Notes: generated from the letters alone by a model not told the origin. Shown: positions 37,789-51,277, numbered from the whole stretch's first letter. The stretch is DNA of 63,618 nucleotides, filler included, from Folioceros fuciformis (GCA_049999805.1; 5 parts of 5 records of this genome joined end to end with filler, not necessarily neighbours in it); one strand, 5' to 3'. Program-made: numbers and translations.

Positions 37789-37945
37789 GGCAAGAAGGCT
37801 CCATCTTGTAGAACATGCAAGGACAAGGCATCATTCACACTAGCTTTAGGTAGTGTCCAAGCAAGAAGGCTAGATCTTGCCAAACAGGGACAAGGCATCA
37901 TTCCCACTAGCTTTAGGTATTGTCCAAACAAGAAGCTAGATTTTG
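37789..37945. repeat. Degenerate tandem repeat, about 2.3 copies of 65-70 bp
   Basis: CAAGAAGGCT..GGACAAGGCATCATTCMCACTAGCTTTAGGTAKTGTCCAA occurs twice, plus a partial third copy. Confidence 0.75.
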
Positions 37946-38425
37946 TCGACCATGAAGGTACCAGAGATGAGATACATGAATACCCTTATCTGACCATTTT
38001 GAGGTAGAATCATGATACCATGGACATGTAGTTGTTCGCCCTTAGGAAGTAGCACTCACATGTTAAAATGTTTGGTGGCATCTTACTAACCACCACTTCT
38101 AAGTCACCATTGCAAGACATGCGCCATTCCGTATCTTAATCATATCATAGCATTCTCAAGGAAATTACTATCTCTTAAAATAGCTCCCGAGAGGACTTGC
38201 TCTCACAAACTTGCTCTCACAAATCCCTGTGGGCTTTTCGACCTCATTTAGGTGTAGATTGGTTTTTTCGTAGCTAGTATTTGATAAAGTCTTTATTTAT
38301 CTATCTATTAATCTAAATAGATATATTATTAAAAATAAATGGATAAGTCAAGCTTACAACTATAATTTTGAGAGCATATATTATCCAATTATTAAAAAAA
38401 TAATTTTATGATTTATTAAAAAAAA

Positions 38426-41400
38426 TCACTCAAGACTTTTTATCACAAAGTAATCTATAATTCGTACATTACAATTTCTCTCCCTATACAATCCACGCGG
38501 CACCCACTGGCTAGGAAATGTTTTCATATGTTCCGGTAGGTCTGGGCTTTGCTTTTGTTCGGTTTCCCAAAACGGATCTAAGATCCATTCTTTCGGAACC
38601 TACATAAATCGAATGTAATAAAGTTAGCTCGTAAGTATGCATGTAAGCAATACTACTACAAAAGGTCAACCATATAATTAAAATTTTAACTTAAGTATGC
38701 ATGTAAATATCATTTTGATGAAAAAATGAACCATATATTCAAAATACTACCTTATCAATTGCAAGCGTCCATATTTCCAAATCCCCGTTAGTTGTTATAT
38801 GACAACGGCAAAAGGACTTGTAGTTTGCAATTCGAAGAGAAGAGAATGCCTCATCAAAGTGTAAATGAAACCAATTAATGCTTATGTATAAATAGCTTCC
38901 AAATATAAATGAGACAACGGGGGTTGAAAAAACCCAGTAATATAGAAATATGGAGACATAATACACAAGAATCATGCTGCGAGAAACTGAGGAGTACCCC
39001 TTCTCACATATCTCAATTCTGGCAACAGCCATCATCTAAAAATTTGGACAATCAAATTAAAGGCTCTAATGTTAATATGATTATTTATGGAGAATGTAGA
39101 TCATAGTTTCATTTTATTTTTTATTTTACTGTTTAATAAAATAAAATTTATGAAATCTTTTACCTCTGGAACGTCAAATATGGTCATAAGATATTTAATA
39201 CATGCTGGGTACAATCCATATGTCCAATGTTCAATACGAGCTCTTAGTCCGTATGGGTCGGGAAAACGTACATTCTCTTTCAGCTGGTACCATTCGTAAA
39301 GATGGTACAAGCCTTCAAAACAAGGTACAATAAAATATTGAAATTATTATTATTATATATATATATAAAGGTGCAATTTATAGAACACTTGGGCACTTGT
39401 CTTAGTATGTCACAAAACATGAATTCTAGCTTACCGCCTGTGCCGAGCAGCTTATGTTCTACACAAGTTTCGATTCCAAGTTCAAGTAGCAACATTAGGG
39501 TTATGGCAGCACTAAGATGCGCGCTTGCGTGTACGCATCCAATACATATTCGTTTTATCATGGATGCCTTTCTAGGCACGAAAAACACTGCAAATAACAA
39601 TAGTCCAATTGCACCTCCCATTGAAATATAAGAATTCTCCATGGTATTTATGAAGACTTGATACATTTTGCTCATAAATTGATCAAAGTGGACAGACACG
39701 ATCCCTGAGTCCAATATGAACTCGAGCTTGCACTAATTTCATGAACGAATCCTGAATTAGATAGATAGATCGATACTTATGAAAACAGAAACAGCGAAAG
39801 TCATGTCAAGCTCTGCCAACGTACTTGTGGTAACATTGAAAACACTAATAAAAAATATATGATTCCCCCAAATACGTCAAACCTCCAGTTTTTCTTTCGA
39901 AATTTCATAATATTGCCTAATGCGATCTGCATGCGAATTTATTTGGAATTACTTACATTTTTTTCATAATGAATGAAAAACAAAAAGTACAAAACTCAAG
40001 ATAAAAATGATATTGAAGCATGCATTTGGTGACACAAAAGTGTACAATGCTTGCTTATATAGAGTTCACCCTTCTAGATTCCTTAATGGAAGGATATGCA
40101 GATTCTCTTTTATAGTTAGCTCCATTGAAGTGTTGGAAGTCTTGAAACACATGAGTTGGGTGAAGGAAAGCCCCACCAGAACCATTTACTATTAGATTCT
40201 CAATATGGGCTGGTTGCTCTGATGGAATAGCCGAGTGTCTCATGAAGTGGTGCAGATCTCCAGCTAATCTTAATCTACATCTTCCTTGTAAGTGATCTTG
40301 TATAAGGTGTGCTACATTGATGCCTGTAGCAGAGTTCCAGTACCAATCTAGAAGCCAATTAGGCTCATGAGTCATAAAAATCACAGAATCATTCCTTTTG
40401 ACCTAAACAAGAGACCATCAAACGAGAGTGAGCAATACTCCTTGGTTGTCTAATAGATTTAATATAATAGAATTTATAAATCATTTTTATGATTGTATAT
40501 TTTAATCATTAATATTATTTTAAAAATCATTTCATCCTTTTCTTAATTTTTTAAAAAGAGAATAATATAGTTACCTTGTTTCTCACAATTTCTGAAAAGT
40601 ATTTGAATTGAATAATATCAATATCTGCTTGTAAAGCTTGATCAAGACCGAAAACCCACCATCCATGTGGGAGCTCTAAAGCAAAATAACTCTTTTCTTG
40701 AGGTAATAACCAACCACCAAGCCAACTTTTATGGCATATGTATCTCATAAATGTGTCTAGTCCATCAAACCAATCTACCAAAATAATTATTATAATTTAT
40801 CATCATCTTGTAGAATAAATTAGGTTAGTTCAACAACTTGATAACAAGATATTAACATGAAGCTGTAAATGCATACCATGGTTGCCTGGTATAGCAAAAA
40901 TTTGGGGTCCATCATACTCTTCAATAAGTTGAATAGCAGTTGGAAGTTCTGGTTTTTTAACAGCAATGTGTTCTTTCTTAAACCATGGAGGTGCTTGCAT
41001 AGCATATTCAAATGGGCGAATAAGTCGTTGCTCATAAGAATATGGGGAAGGATTAGGATACCTGGATCAAGAACACAGTGTAGGTTAAGATTCATGTTGT
41101 CATTATAATGCATAACATATGTGTAGAGGAAGGATGGTGGGCAACATACGCAAGGTCTCCACCAAGCAAAACTAGTTGAGCTCGTGGCAATGTTATAGAT
41201 TGTCTTTCTTTGTTCATCAGCTTGATAGACGGCTGAGCTAAGAGACGAGCAACGGTGTATGTGGAATTTCCACCATCTCCTGTGTCGGCCATGAAATCAA
41301 ACCAGAGCTCATTTCGTCCACTGAAGTGAGTGTGTAGAAATAAGTCTTCTCTGGCATATTGTTGTGCTTGTGTCACATTTGCCTAGCATCATGCATGTAT

Positions 41401-43114
41401 TCAACACACGGACTTATGTAATTAGGACAGATTATGATGCTATAGAGCGATTAGAAAAGTATAACACTAAGAGGATTAAAGAAGTACCTGCATAGTTCTC
41501 ATGTCAAATCTTCCTAGAAACAAAGTCACTGAAACCACTAAATCAAAAGTAGTTTTGAGCAGGTCTGCGGACGTCCTTGAGTTCGCACATGCAAAACAAG
41601 TATAAGATGAGATTTCCTTTCCATAAACCTGTTCTATACTAATGGTAGATTATGGGTGTTATGAAGAAAGATTAACATACCCAGAATACCAAGGTACCAT
41701 ATCCAAGAAGTTTGGCCTTGTACAACTGATCAAAACTTCATCGTCTTCATGTACAAAGAGAGGATGAGTAAGTTCCCACCTGCTCCAGGTCTAAATACCC
41801 TTCAGTCAGATTATATTGATCAAGGTTGTTCTTGATTAGAGATGTTCTATCTCATAGTATTGGTTAGGGAGTCTTTTATTTACTTACCCACTTGAATACT
41901 CCACAAAGGAATTGGCAAGGTGTAAGCCGATCAAAGTTGCCCACAATGAGTACACCGGAGAGATGTTATCAGATCGTCCCACATTGTTATCAATGCGCAC
42001 TTTCTACAAGATGTTGAAACAATCAACAAGGATTAAAAAGGAATGGCAAAGAGTCCAACAATATGCACTACTAAAACCTACATCTCCTCATGAAAGACTT
42101 GCAATTCATGCATCCGCTATATGCATTTGCTTGTAGAATCATTGTAAGACAAGATACCTCCAGAAAGCTCACAGACCTCTCCATAAAGCACCCATTTTGA
42201 AAACAATGGATAGTCTCTAGCTGATCCTACTGGCCCTAGCCAATGTAAGCATACTCTTTCCTTGACTTCATGAACATGGGGCCAAGTAGTTTGGAAAGTG
42301 GACGAATTCAATTGCCATAGGTTCTTAAATATATCCATTGTGAGCCATTGATCAACAGATTCTTTTAGTTTTGGAGCCGAGCGGTTGCCACAATGACTGT
42401 AGAAGACACAACATGCTACACTAATTACCTGCAATTCTCATGACCAAAGAAAGTCAATACAACTTCATTGGAAGAGAAGCTTGCAACATTTGGATATCGA
42501 GGGAGGGAGGGAAGGAAGGAAGTGTGGATTGATCCTCACTTACCATGCAATTTTGGCATATTGCATACCATTCAGGAAGGCTTCCCCTTTGAATAGGAGT
42601 TAGAGTTAGGTATAAAAATGATACAAAAATGAGATGGAAGAGAATAATAACAAGCATGGACGATAGAAAAAGTGTGAAGAATAGTGGGAGGTTCATTCTA
42701 ATGTCCATCCCCATGGATTGGAAACTGGGCAGATGTTGAACTGCGGCTATGAAAAGCCATGCTATGTACCTGAAGAACATAATTTGCTTTCTTAGAATGA
42801 ATTATGAGTGAGCATTATTTAAAATTCCAACAAGATTAATTTGAACAAAAGATTCACCATCTGCTGAAGCTAGTGTAGCTTGGTTTAATAGTCTTTCCCC
42901 AAAACGGAGATGAGAAGAAGTAGAAGAAAATAAATAGACATGCATATATGGACCACCATTTAATATTGGTGTCCAACTTGTACAAAAGGTTCTCCAAATT
43001 GTCAGTAGAAATGAAGAAAATACAGGCTCCTAATATAATGAAAATAGCATGTCGAGAATGGTCATGAGGATATGGATAAGATGCTGACATTCTTGGTCCT
43101 AATATCTTGGCCAT
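38426..43114 (-). CDS. Multi-TM calcineurin-like metallophosphoesterase superfamily protein (multi-exon)
   Basis: YPYPHDHSRHA, TSADLLKTTFDL, LWFDFMADTGDGGNSTY, LLGGDLAYP, IPGNH-DWFDGL, THEPNW, LAGDLHHFMRH, VNGSGGAFLHPTH, HFDEAFSSLRIANYKSF; ends ..VIKSLE* at 38426. Confidence 0.92.
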
Positions 43115-43919
43115 TTCGAGTTGATTATAATTCTTATCAAGCTAAGTAGTCAAATTTAATGAAAAATATGCAGGAGCATACAACTTAATCTGCTTGCAAT
43201 TTGTGATTCATTTCCATGAATGCCTTAATTCATGGAAAAGTTAAAAAGATTCTTTTATTGCATCTTCTGTTTTCTTCATTAGTTCTTGCATCAGCCAATA
43301 AGTGATGTGCAATGTATTTGGCCAAGTAGGCCTGGAATATTGGAAAATTTAAACATGTTGTAAACTTATTCCCGACCATAAGAATGGGTTACTATCTTTT
43401 TAAAGATTTTGTGCCCCATAAAAAGAAAGGGCAAAGAGTATGAGTTAGTTTGGTTGCTGCACAGGAGGCTCATAGTACGAGGGCTTCTTTCATGCCAGTT
43501 AAGTATAGTTTAATCTCTGGTTTAGTTTTGTTAGGATAGACTATAGGTATAAGGCTTAAACATTAGGTGTGCTTGCGTGGTTAAAGATGCTTGTTGATAG
43601 AAAAAACATGTACAATAGTACTGCATGCAAATAAAGCAAACAAATCGGAACAACTTGGAACTAACTTGGAATTGGACAATAAGGAGCCCGCCCGTTTTCT
43701 TGGAAATGAGCAGTTTGATAACACCCATATTTTTGTCATTGTACCCATTGAAGCAAAGACTGTACTTGTCCCTTTGATTATGTACCTACTATGTGTTGTA
43801 CTTGAAACAGAGGAAGAAACAAATGTATTGTACTTGGAGGCACCAACTGCCAACATGAACTCCATCTTTGTTGGAAGTACATGAACTTGTCCCCTTGTGT
43901 TGTTGCTGGAAGTATCCTA

Positions 43920-44600
43920 GCAAGCATTTTGTGATGCTGGCTTTATGTGGTGTTTGTTTGTTGTGGTCTTAATGAAGCAGTGTACTTGACACAAAGTCTT
44001 TAAAGAGACGAAGATAGAGACATCTTGGATTGGATTGAATTGGATTGGATTGTTGACATTTGGGTAGATATGAAGTGCAAGCATTTTGTGATGTAGGCTT
44101 CATGTGGTGTTTGTTTGTTGTGGTCTTAATGAAGTAGTGTAGTTGACACAAAGTCTTTAAAGAGACTAAGATAGAGACATTTTGGGTTGGATTGTTGACA
44201 TTTGGGTAGACATGAAGTGCAAGCATTTTGTGATGTGGGCTTTATGTAGTGTTGGTTTGTTGTGTTCTTAATGAAGTAGTGTACTTGACACAAAGTCTTT
44301 AAAGAGACAAAGATAAAGACATCTTGGATTGGATTGTTGATTGTCCCCTTTGGTTGGACATAGAGTGCAAGCATTTTGTGATGTGGGCTTTACATGGTGT
44401 TTATTTGCTATGCTCTTAAATGAAGTAGTGTACTTGACACAAAGTCTTTAAAGAGACAAAGATAAAGACATCTTGGATTTGATTGTTGACTGTCCCCTTT
44501 GGTTGGACATAAAGTGCAAGAATTTTGTGATGTGGGCTTTACATGATGTTTATTTGCTACGCTCTTAAATGAAGCAGTGTACTGGACACATAAAGTGCAC
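43920..44600. repeat. Satellite-like tandem array, about 4.5 copies of 142-157 bp
   Basis: GCAAGCATTTTGTGATG..AATGAAGYAGTGTACTTGACACAAAGTCTTTAAAGAGAC recurs at about 43920, 44077, 44219, 44367 and 44516. Confidence 0.9.
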
Positions 44601-45379
44601 TGCCAACATTTAGTTACCAACAAGTATGTACATACCTAGTGATGTGGATATGTAACACAGCGTGTGTCCTTACAACCCAGCTCCTCATTGTACTAGGATG
44701 AAGAAATGCTTAAGACAAGCTCTTGACAAGGATGGTGTAGTTGAGTTAGAATGCTCCTTTTTGTACTTTTACACAAATTTAAGACAATCTCTTGGGAAGG
44801 ACGTTGTGGTAGTGTAGGACAAGGTTTGGTTTATGACAGGAGAGGATGTACTTCTTTTTGTGCTGCTTCCATGACCTTGTATTGTGCACCTTGCACTTTG
44901 CACTCATTGGTTGGTTTGTTATTTGTACCCAATATATGGTTACAGGAGGCAGTAGCAATAGACTTAGTAATGCTGGGCAGTTCTATGAATACCCACAAGT
45001 CACAATCAAAGTAGGTACTTCCAAATAATCTAGCACTTTGATTTTGGAGTGTTCCTTTTGTGTACGAGTTGAAGGACAAGACATGTGGAGTCCTTGGTGC
45101 AGCAGGTGCAGGTGCAAGTGCAACATGTTTTCTTGTTTTGCTAAGTTTTTAAGATATATTATTATTTTTTACTATCTAATAAAAGAATATATAAAGAAAA
45201 TTAAAAGAGAAAGCAAACAAGATTGGAGCAGCAAAAGCAAAAAAATATCTGAATGGGTTTGGTGAGCTCGGATTGGATTGGATGCCCAAAAAATATGCAT
45301 GCAAAGTCAACGGGTGCAGTACCCAACAGTACACCCACCTCAAGATTCATTTTTTTTTGGTTGAGGGATGGAAGGAACA

Positions 45380-48300
45380 TACACCCATATATCTATACAT
45401 ATATATATATATATTTACATATATTGATCCATACATACAGATATACATGCATGCATCCATATGCAGTTATTATATTTTGTTGGTGCAGCCTACTTTTGGT
45501 TGGGCAGAGTTTTAGAGGCGGAGGGCAGGTATGTACAGTATAGTACTGTAGTGTAGTGTTTGATGGTATGTATGGGGGGAAAAAGGATGAGCAGAAGGCG
45601 ACGGGGCGTGAGGCAAGGCAAGGCAGGGCAAGGGACGGTGTAGTGCGTGCCGGAGGCAAGTGGTGAGACGTCGCTGTGGAGCAGCATATGTGAATCGTGA
45701 CGCACGCGTGCGCTGCCTGCCACCTCCATCTGGACCGCCTGTTTTGGGAAACTGGGGGCCCACCGCCTCCGCCTCCGCAGGCTCCGGTCCTGGTTCGCGT
45801 CGTGCAGCAGCAGCAAGCAGCAGCAGCAGCAGCAGACACTCCGAGAGAGAGGAAGAGAGAGAGAGCGATAGAGAGAGAGCAGGGCTTGCTAGCTCTTCAA
45901 GGTTGTGCAGTCAGTGTGCACAACAACAACAACAACAAGAACAAACACACACTGAAGGTGGAGGTGGAGGTGGAGGTAGAGAGCTGGAGAGCTGGAGAGT
46001 ATGTGGATGCCACTTGGCACCGTGTTGCCGCCGCACTCGGCGCCTCCGCCCGTCCCACCCGCTTTTCGAAACGGAACGGGAAACGGGGAGTGGAGAACGG
46101 ACAAACCAGTTTGCGCCTTTTTATGACGGACGCCTCTTCTCTCACCGCCATTGGGGCGGGGATCGGGGATCGGGGATCGGGGATCGGGTTCGGGTTCGGG
46201 TTCGGGACGCCCGCGATCACCACGCTTTACAAGACAAGACAAGACAAGACACGACAAGACAAACGTCTTTAAAGCCAAGACAAGAAGAACGTGGAAGGAA
46301 TGTTGTTAACAGCATTTTACACTCTCGCTGGGAAACTCTTGCAATCACATCACCGCCTTACCATAGCATAGCATACCATGGCACATCGCATAGCATTCGC
46401 AAGTAGGAGCATGAACGAGTTAGCTGCTCTGCTCTTCGGAATTGGTGTTCTTTTTCTATGATTATATTTTTTATTCATTTATATGAAATATTTTTCATAA
46501 TATATAAGCAATATATTTATTTCATAAAAAAATAATAATAAAAAATAATTCATAAAATAATACTCATATCTGTAAAATATCTGGAACAAAAAACAGTTGA
46601 TAGTATGAGAATTGTGCTGGCATCTGTACATGTATGTTGTTTATATATAGAACATGAGGGAAGGAAGGGAAGTGGTTGTTGGGGAAGTTGGAAAGGACAA
46701 ATGAAGAGAGAAAATTATAAGAGGAAAGTAGAGTAGAGGAGAGGAGAGGAGACCATAGCAGAGGAGAGCATAGCAGAGCAGGCACGACATAGATTCTGGA
46801 AGTCTAGTTACATTGAATGGGAGTGGATTAGGCGTGACTTGCATCCCAGCAATGTGGAGCCCATAGATTGGAGGGCTTAATTGTAGCATGACCAACCACG
46901 GGAAGCAAAAGACAGAAACAAAGGAGAAAAACAAGCAAAGGATGACATTCGATGAAATGAGATAGAGGCCCAATCCAATCCAACCCAACCCAACCCAACC
47001 CAACCCAATATGCATGCACGCACACAGGCACGGGCAGGGCCAGAGGCGGGGGCGCGGGAGGGGGACACTCAAGGCATGCAGGCATGCACGCAGGCAGCAG
47101 GAGCCTCCCAGGCCCGGTGGGGAGGGACTTGGGTGATGATTGCCTTTTGGGCCAATGGCGGTAGAGCAAGATCAAGTTCCAAAATTAGTGCTATGCTCCC
47201 GGTCTGCTCAAGCTCAGCTATGTCTGATTCCGGCCTGGCCTGGCCTGGCTTGGCCGGGTGACTGACCGCTGTCATGACTCTTGTCTCCTGCCCTTGTGCA
47301 GGTGATGAATCGAATTGAGTGGGTGGGTTGGTTACAACTGGATCATCCATTGCATTGCATTGTTGGTTTTTTTGTCGTGGCCGAGGGGGGAAGACGACTG
47401 CTCAGTTCGTTTGCTCTCATCACCACCCACATGGAGAGAGAGGTTGGTGCACCGGGTGTTCGGAACAGACGTGCATGCTACTGCTGTTACTTCTCCGCAT
47501 TCTTACTATTTCTAGTCTACTCATGGCTGCGCTGCGTGCGTTGGGATATATCAAGCAGGTGAGGCGAGGTGAGGTGAGTAAAAGGAGTGGAGGAGTCGGT
47601 TGGGGCTGTGCTGTGTATAGCCGGCTTCCTTCGTCGTATGTTGAATGGGCTGGCCCGAGGCCGGATGGGCAAAAGAAAACGCAAGGGACGTGGTCATGAG
47701 AGCAATGGGAGCTGGGGCTGCCGCTGGCTCTGCCGCTGGGGCTGGGGCTGGGGCTGGCCTTGGGACCCACCGTGGGAATGGGCTGTGGCTCCCCGCTGCC
47801 GGCGTCCGCCTCACAGCTCCTTCTTCCACCACGGATGGGAGCCTTTTCCAGTGTGCGGGCCTTGCCTCGGGTTGCCATGCCATAAGTTCCCGCGGTTAAC
47901 TGCGGACCAAAATGGCAGATGTGGCCAAGAAGGATAGATAGTAAGAGCCGTTAAGGCCCAGTCCGTGTGCCGCCATGGGTGCAGTTGCGCTGCTTAGCAG
48001 CAACACCTGCACACCACCCTGCCCTTTCTCCCTACCAACGTGTAAGCTACAGGCCTTCTGCCCTATTTCGTCCAAGCTTTCTCCTCCCGCTCCTCTCTTG
48101 CTCGCCCGCTCCCTTTCCCTCCGTCTTTCTCCATCGCCACCCTGCGCCGCCCAAGTATGTTGGCTCGTACTTGCACTTCTGTGCTGTGCTGTGCTGCGCT
48201 GTCTCGTAGTTGCAGTGCTGTGGTGTCTCCAGTCGGCTCTGGTCTAGTCTGCAGTGGAGTCGTGTCTCTAGTCGCGTCCGGATGGTGTCTGCAGTCGGGT

Positions 48301-48900
48301 CTCTAGTCGTCAAGAAGGACGCATGACAGCAGGATGGGCCGGACCCATGACACCAGGATGGCCTGGATGGGCTGGACCTGTGATTGCTCCAGTCCTCCTT
48401 CCCTAGAGAACTGCGCGGTCCACAAGAGGAGCACCACCCTTCTCTCTCATGGGCGTTGCAACCTCCACCGCAGCTGCTCTTGGACTGGTTACCTCGGCAG
48501 GTACGTAGCTAGTACCAGTACCTTACTGCTGCCTGCACGCCACAGTCGGCAGTTCCTGAGTTTGCGGGAGAAAAGGTAGAACGGGACGGAGGGGAGAAGA
48601 GGAGACGAGACGAGGCGAGACTAGAGGCGAGGCGAGCAGACGAAAGGAGAGGAGACAACAGCAGCAACAGGAGAGGGGGCTGCACCACTGCACAGTGACA
48701 CAGTACACCGACTGCAGGGTTGCAGTGTGCACAGTGCACGGCTGCTGCAGCAGGCTGTGATCTGGCCTGAGAGAGAGGGGTTTGGTCTGAGTCTGGTACC
48801 GGTGACTGTGTGGTCCGACCCCGGGCGGTGAGGGTGCCTGGCTTCTGGTCGGTGGGCTGGGCCTGGCCTGGGCCTGGCCGGGCCTGGTCTGCTCTGGTCT
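45380..48900. repeat. Microsatellite-dense region with many different motifs
   Basis: Runs of (TA)n, (GCA)n, (AG)n, (CAA)n, (GGAGGT)n, (GGGATC)n, (GGGTTC)n, (ACAAG)n, (CATAG)n, (AGAGG)n, (CCAAC)n, (GGCCT)n, (GGGGCT)n and (CTGTG)n. Confidence 0.8.
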
Positions 48901-49184
48901 GGAGCCCGCAACACCAGGAGTCGGACCAGCACCAGCAGCGGCAGCACCAGCCTTTGCATGCCTGCATTGGGCCAAGCCCAAACAATGTCTTCTTCCTGGC
49001 CCCCCCCCCAACGCAGCAGCAAGAGGCTCCAGGAGAGAGCCGAGCGCCGGGCCCAGGAGCCGCAGCAGGCCCAGGCCCAGGCAGCTATCCAGAGGTCCTT
49101 GCGGGCGCTCCCCCCTTGGGGAGACATGGGCCTCCGCGCGCTGCCCAAATGGGGTAGAACTCGCGCGCGCAGCGCCAGGAGGAG

Positions 49185-49475
49185 CATCAACAACAGCAGC
49201 AGCAGCAACGGCGAAGGCGGCTTGGGGAAGGACATCAACAGCAGCAGCAGCCACAGCTTTTTTTTTTTTTTTTTTGACATCCACAGCAGCAGAAGCCACA
49301 GCGAAGGCCGCTTGAGGAAGGACATCAGCAGCAGCAGCAGCAGCAGCGACAGCGACCGCGAACGCGGCTTGGGGAAGGACATCAACAGCACCAGCAGCGA
49401 CAGCCAAGGCGGCTTGAGGAAGGATATCAACAGCAGTAGCAGCAACACCAACAGCGGCTTGGGAAAGGACATCAA

Positions 49476-49506
<31 letters not shown>

Positions 49507-49569
49507 GAAGGCGGCTTGGGGAAGGACATCAACAGCAGTAACAGCAACAGCGAAGGCAGCTTGGGGAAG
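49185..49569 (+). repeat. Compound tandem repeat (AGGACATCAAC(AGC)n..GAAGGCGGCTTGGGGA), about 7 units, running into the contig end
   Basis: Repeated GLGKDINSSS units in ORF 48958-49569; one unit is interrupted by a poly-T tract. Confidence 0.88.
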
Positions 49570-49669
49570 NNNNNNNNNNNNNNNNNNNNNNNNNNNNNNN
49601 NNNNNNNNNNNNNTTAATTAATTAANNNNNNNNNNNNNNNNNNNNNNNNNNNNNNNNNNNNNNNNNNNN
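49570..49669. other. Artificial contig spacer
   Basis: 44N-TTAATTAATTAA-44N. Confidence 0.97.
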
Positions 49670-51277
49670 TTCAGTGAGCATTGCTGAAATAACTCGGTTT
49701 ACTGATATTGGCCTCACGTCTTGCAACCCTTGGACCACACTTGTCCATGTCTCCGGCAGTGTGGTGAGAAGGATCATTGCTAGTAGCTCCTCCTTGAGAT
49801 TAAAACCTACCGACACCAGCTTGGCTCTGTAGTTGCGAAAATCCAAGACATGCTTGTCGACGAGGTCAGACTCCTTCATCTGCAGTCCTATAAATTGTTG
49901 AAGTACATAGGTCTACAGCATGAGGTCCCGTGAGTCGTAGAGTAGCTTCACTTCTTTCCACCAGGCTGCTGCGCTCTCGTCAGCTCCCTGGAACACTCCA
50001 GTGTGGGAGCTCTTCACGCTGAAGTGAAGGAGGGTATGGGCCAGTTGGTGGGCCTCCTCCCACCTAGTAACTGCATCAGGGTCAGTGACCAGAGGTCTGG
50101 GTGGGGGAACTGGCGGATTTCCCACACCATGAACATGCGCCCAGAGTTTCCTGGATTTCATGATTTCTTCCATGCTTTCTTCCATACATGGTAATTCTCT
50201 CCATCAAACTTGTCTTCCTTAGGAATGTTGATGGGGGCAATTGATGCAGCTTGCTGTTGTTGTGCCATTGTACTCCACGCTCTCACTTTTGCACGGGTGT
50301 AAAGTCCACTTTGCAGGAAACGTGCTGACCAGGTTCTTTGTACGCTTCCAGTTTGACCTTGAGGGTTACGCCTTCACTTAGAGAGTACTCAAGCAGGATA
50401 TGATACAGGGTATGTGATGCATACTGCCTGACTATGTAAGCAAGTTGCTCCTCATCTTGTCTAGAAAACAGTTGCTTCAAGTGGTGATACAAATGCTGAG
50501 TGGCTGAATCTGCTGTAGTGGGAAAATGTAGAAAAAGAAGTTCCTGACTGGAAGGGAGCAGCATTTTGGTCAAAGAAGATCAGAAACATCAATGCGGCTC
50601 CAATCGTAACCGTCTAGTGTTGGATAGCCTTGAATTATGTTTGTTGCCATCAGTTCACATATAATGCAGATTTTTATCCAAACCTGCTGCCAGCGTGTGG
50701 GTGCAAGGGTTCACAGGTAGGCTTCCTCCCGCTCAGACTCCCACACATGGACCTCCTGAAGTTTTCTGGCTCTCCTTGCAAGGCGTTCTCGTTTCCTCTG
50801 GCCAGGCATAGCTGCTAATCGTTGCGTGTTGCTGGTAACATTCTCCAGAACCGAAGGGGAACCCAAGAGGCATTTGTAGCAACAGCACAACAGGATCTCA
50901 ACACTCAGGTCAGAGGGAAAGAAACACCAAGCACCACCGCCATTCTAAACGTGACCGTGGCTAGGAGCTAGATGTAACTTCAACAGAGCACCAACGTATC
51001 TTAGAAAACCACCATAGAGTTAGGAAATTCCAGGCACAGTGATGCGCACGCTGACACGAACATCTCAGACTAGGAATCACGGCAATTCTTGCTCTGATAC
51101 CATAACAAGTATCGAGTATGCTAGTGAGCGATAGGCGTAGGAAAAGATAGATTGATGAACGCGTTACACGCCGCTGTCTTGTGCACGCGGCAGACGGTTA
51201 CTAACCGTTAGGGTATTCCACTAACATACGACCTAGACACCTAACCTACCTTAGGGTTAGATGCCCCTGTATTAACA
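49670..51277 (-). mobile_element. Ty1/copia element A: 5' LTR, Met-tRNA PBS, leader and degenerate gag (truncated by contig edge)
   Basis: PBS TGGTATCAGAGC on the minus strand at 51091-51102. Candidate LTR 51103-51277 begins TGTTAA and ends TA rather than CA. Gag (UBN2-type) DKFDGENYHVW..KSRKLWAHV..MILLTTLPETW at 50268-49670 carries a frameshift and a stop. Confidence 0.8.

Noticed and set aside
47143-47178. GCCTTTTGG...AAGATCAAGT resembling the 5' part of U2 snRNA
   Set aside because: The two matches are separated by extra sequence, and the branch-pairing GTAGTA, Sm site and USE promoter are absent.
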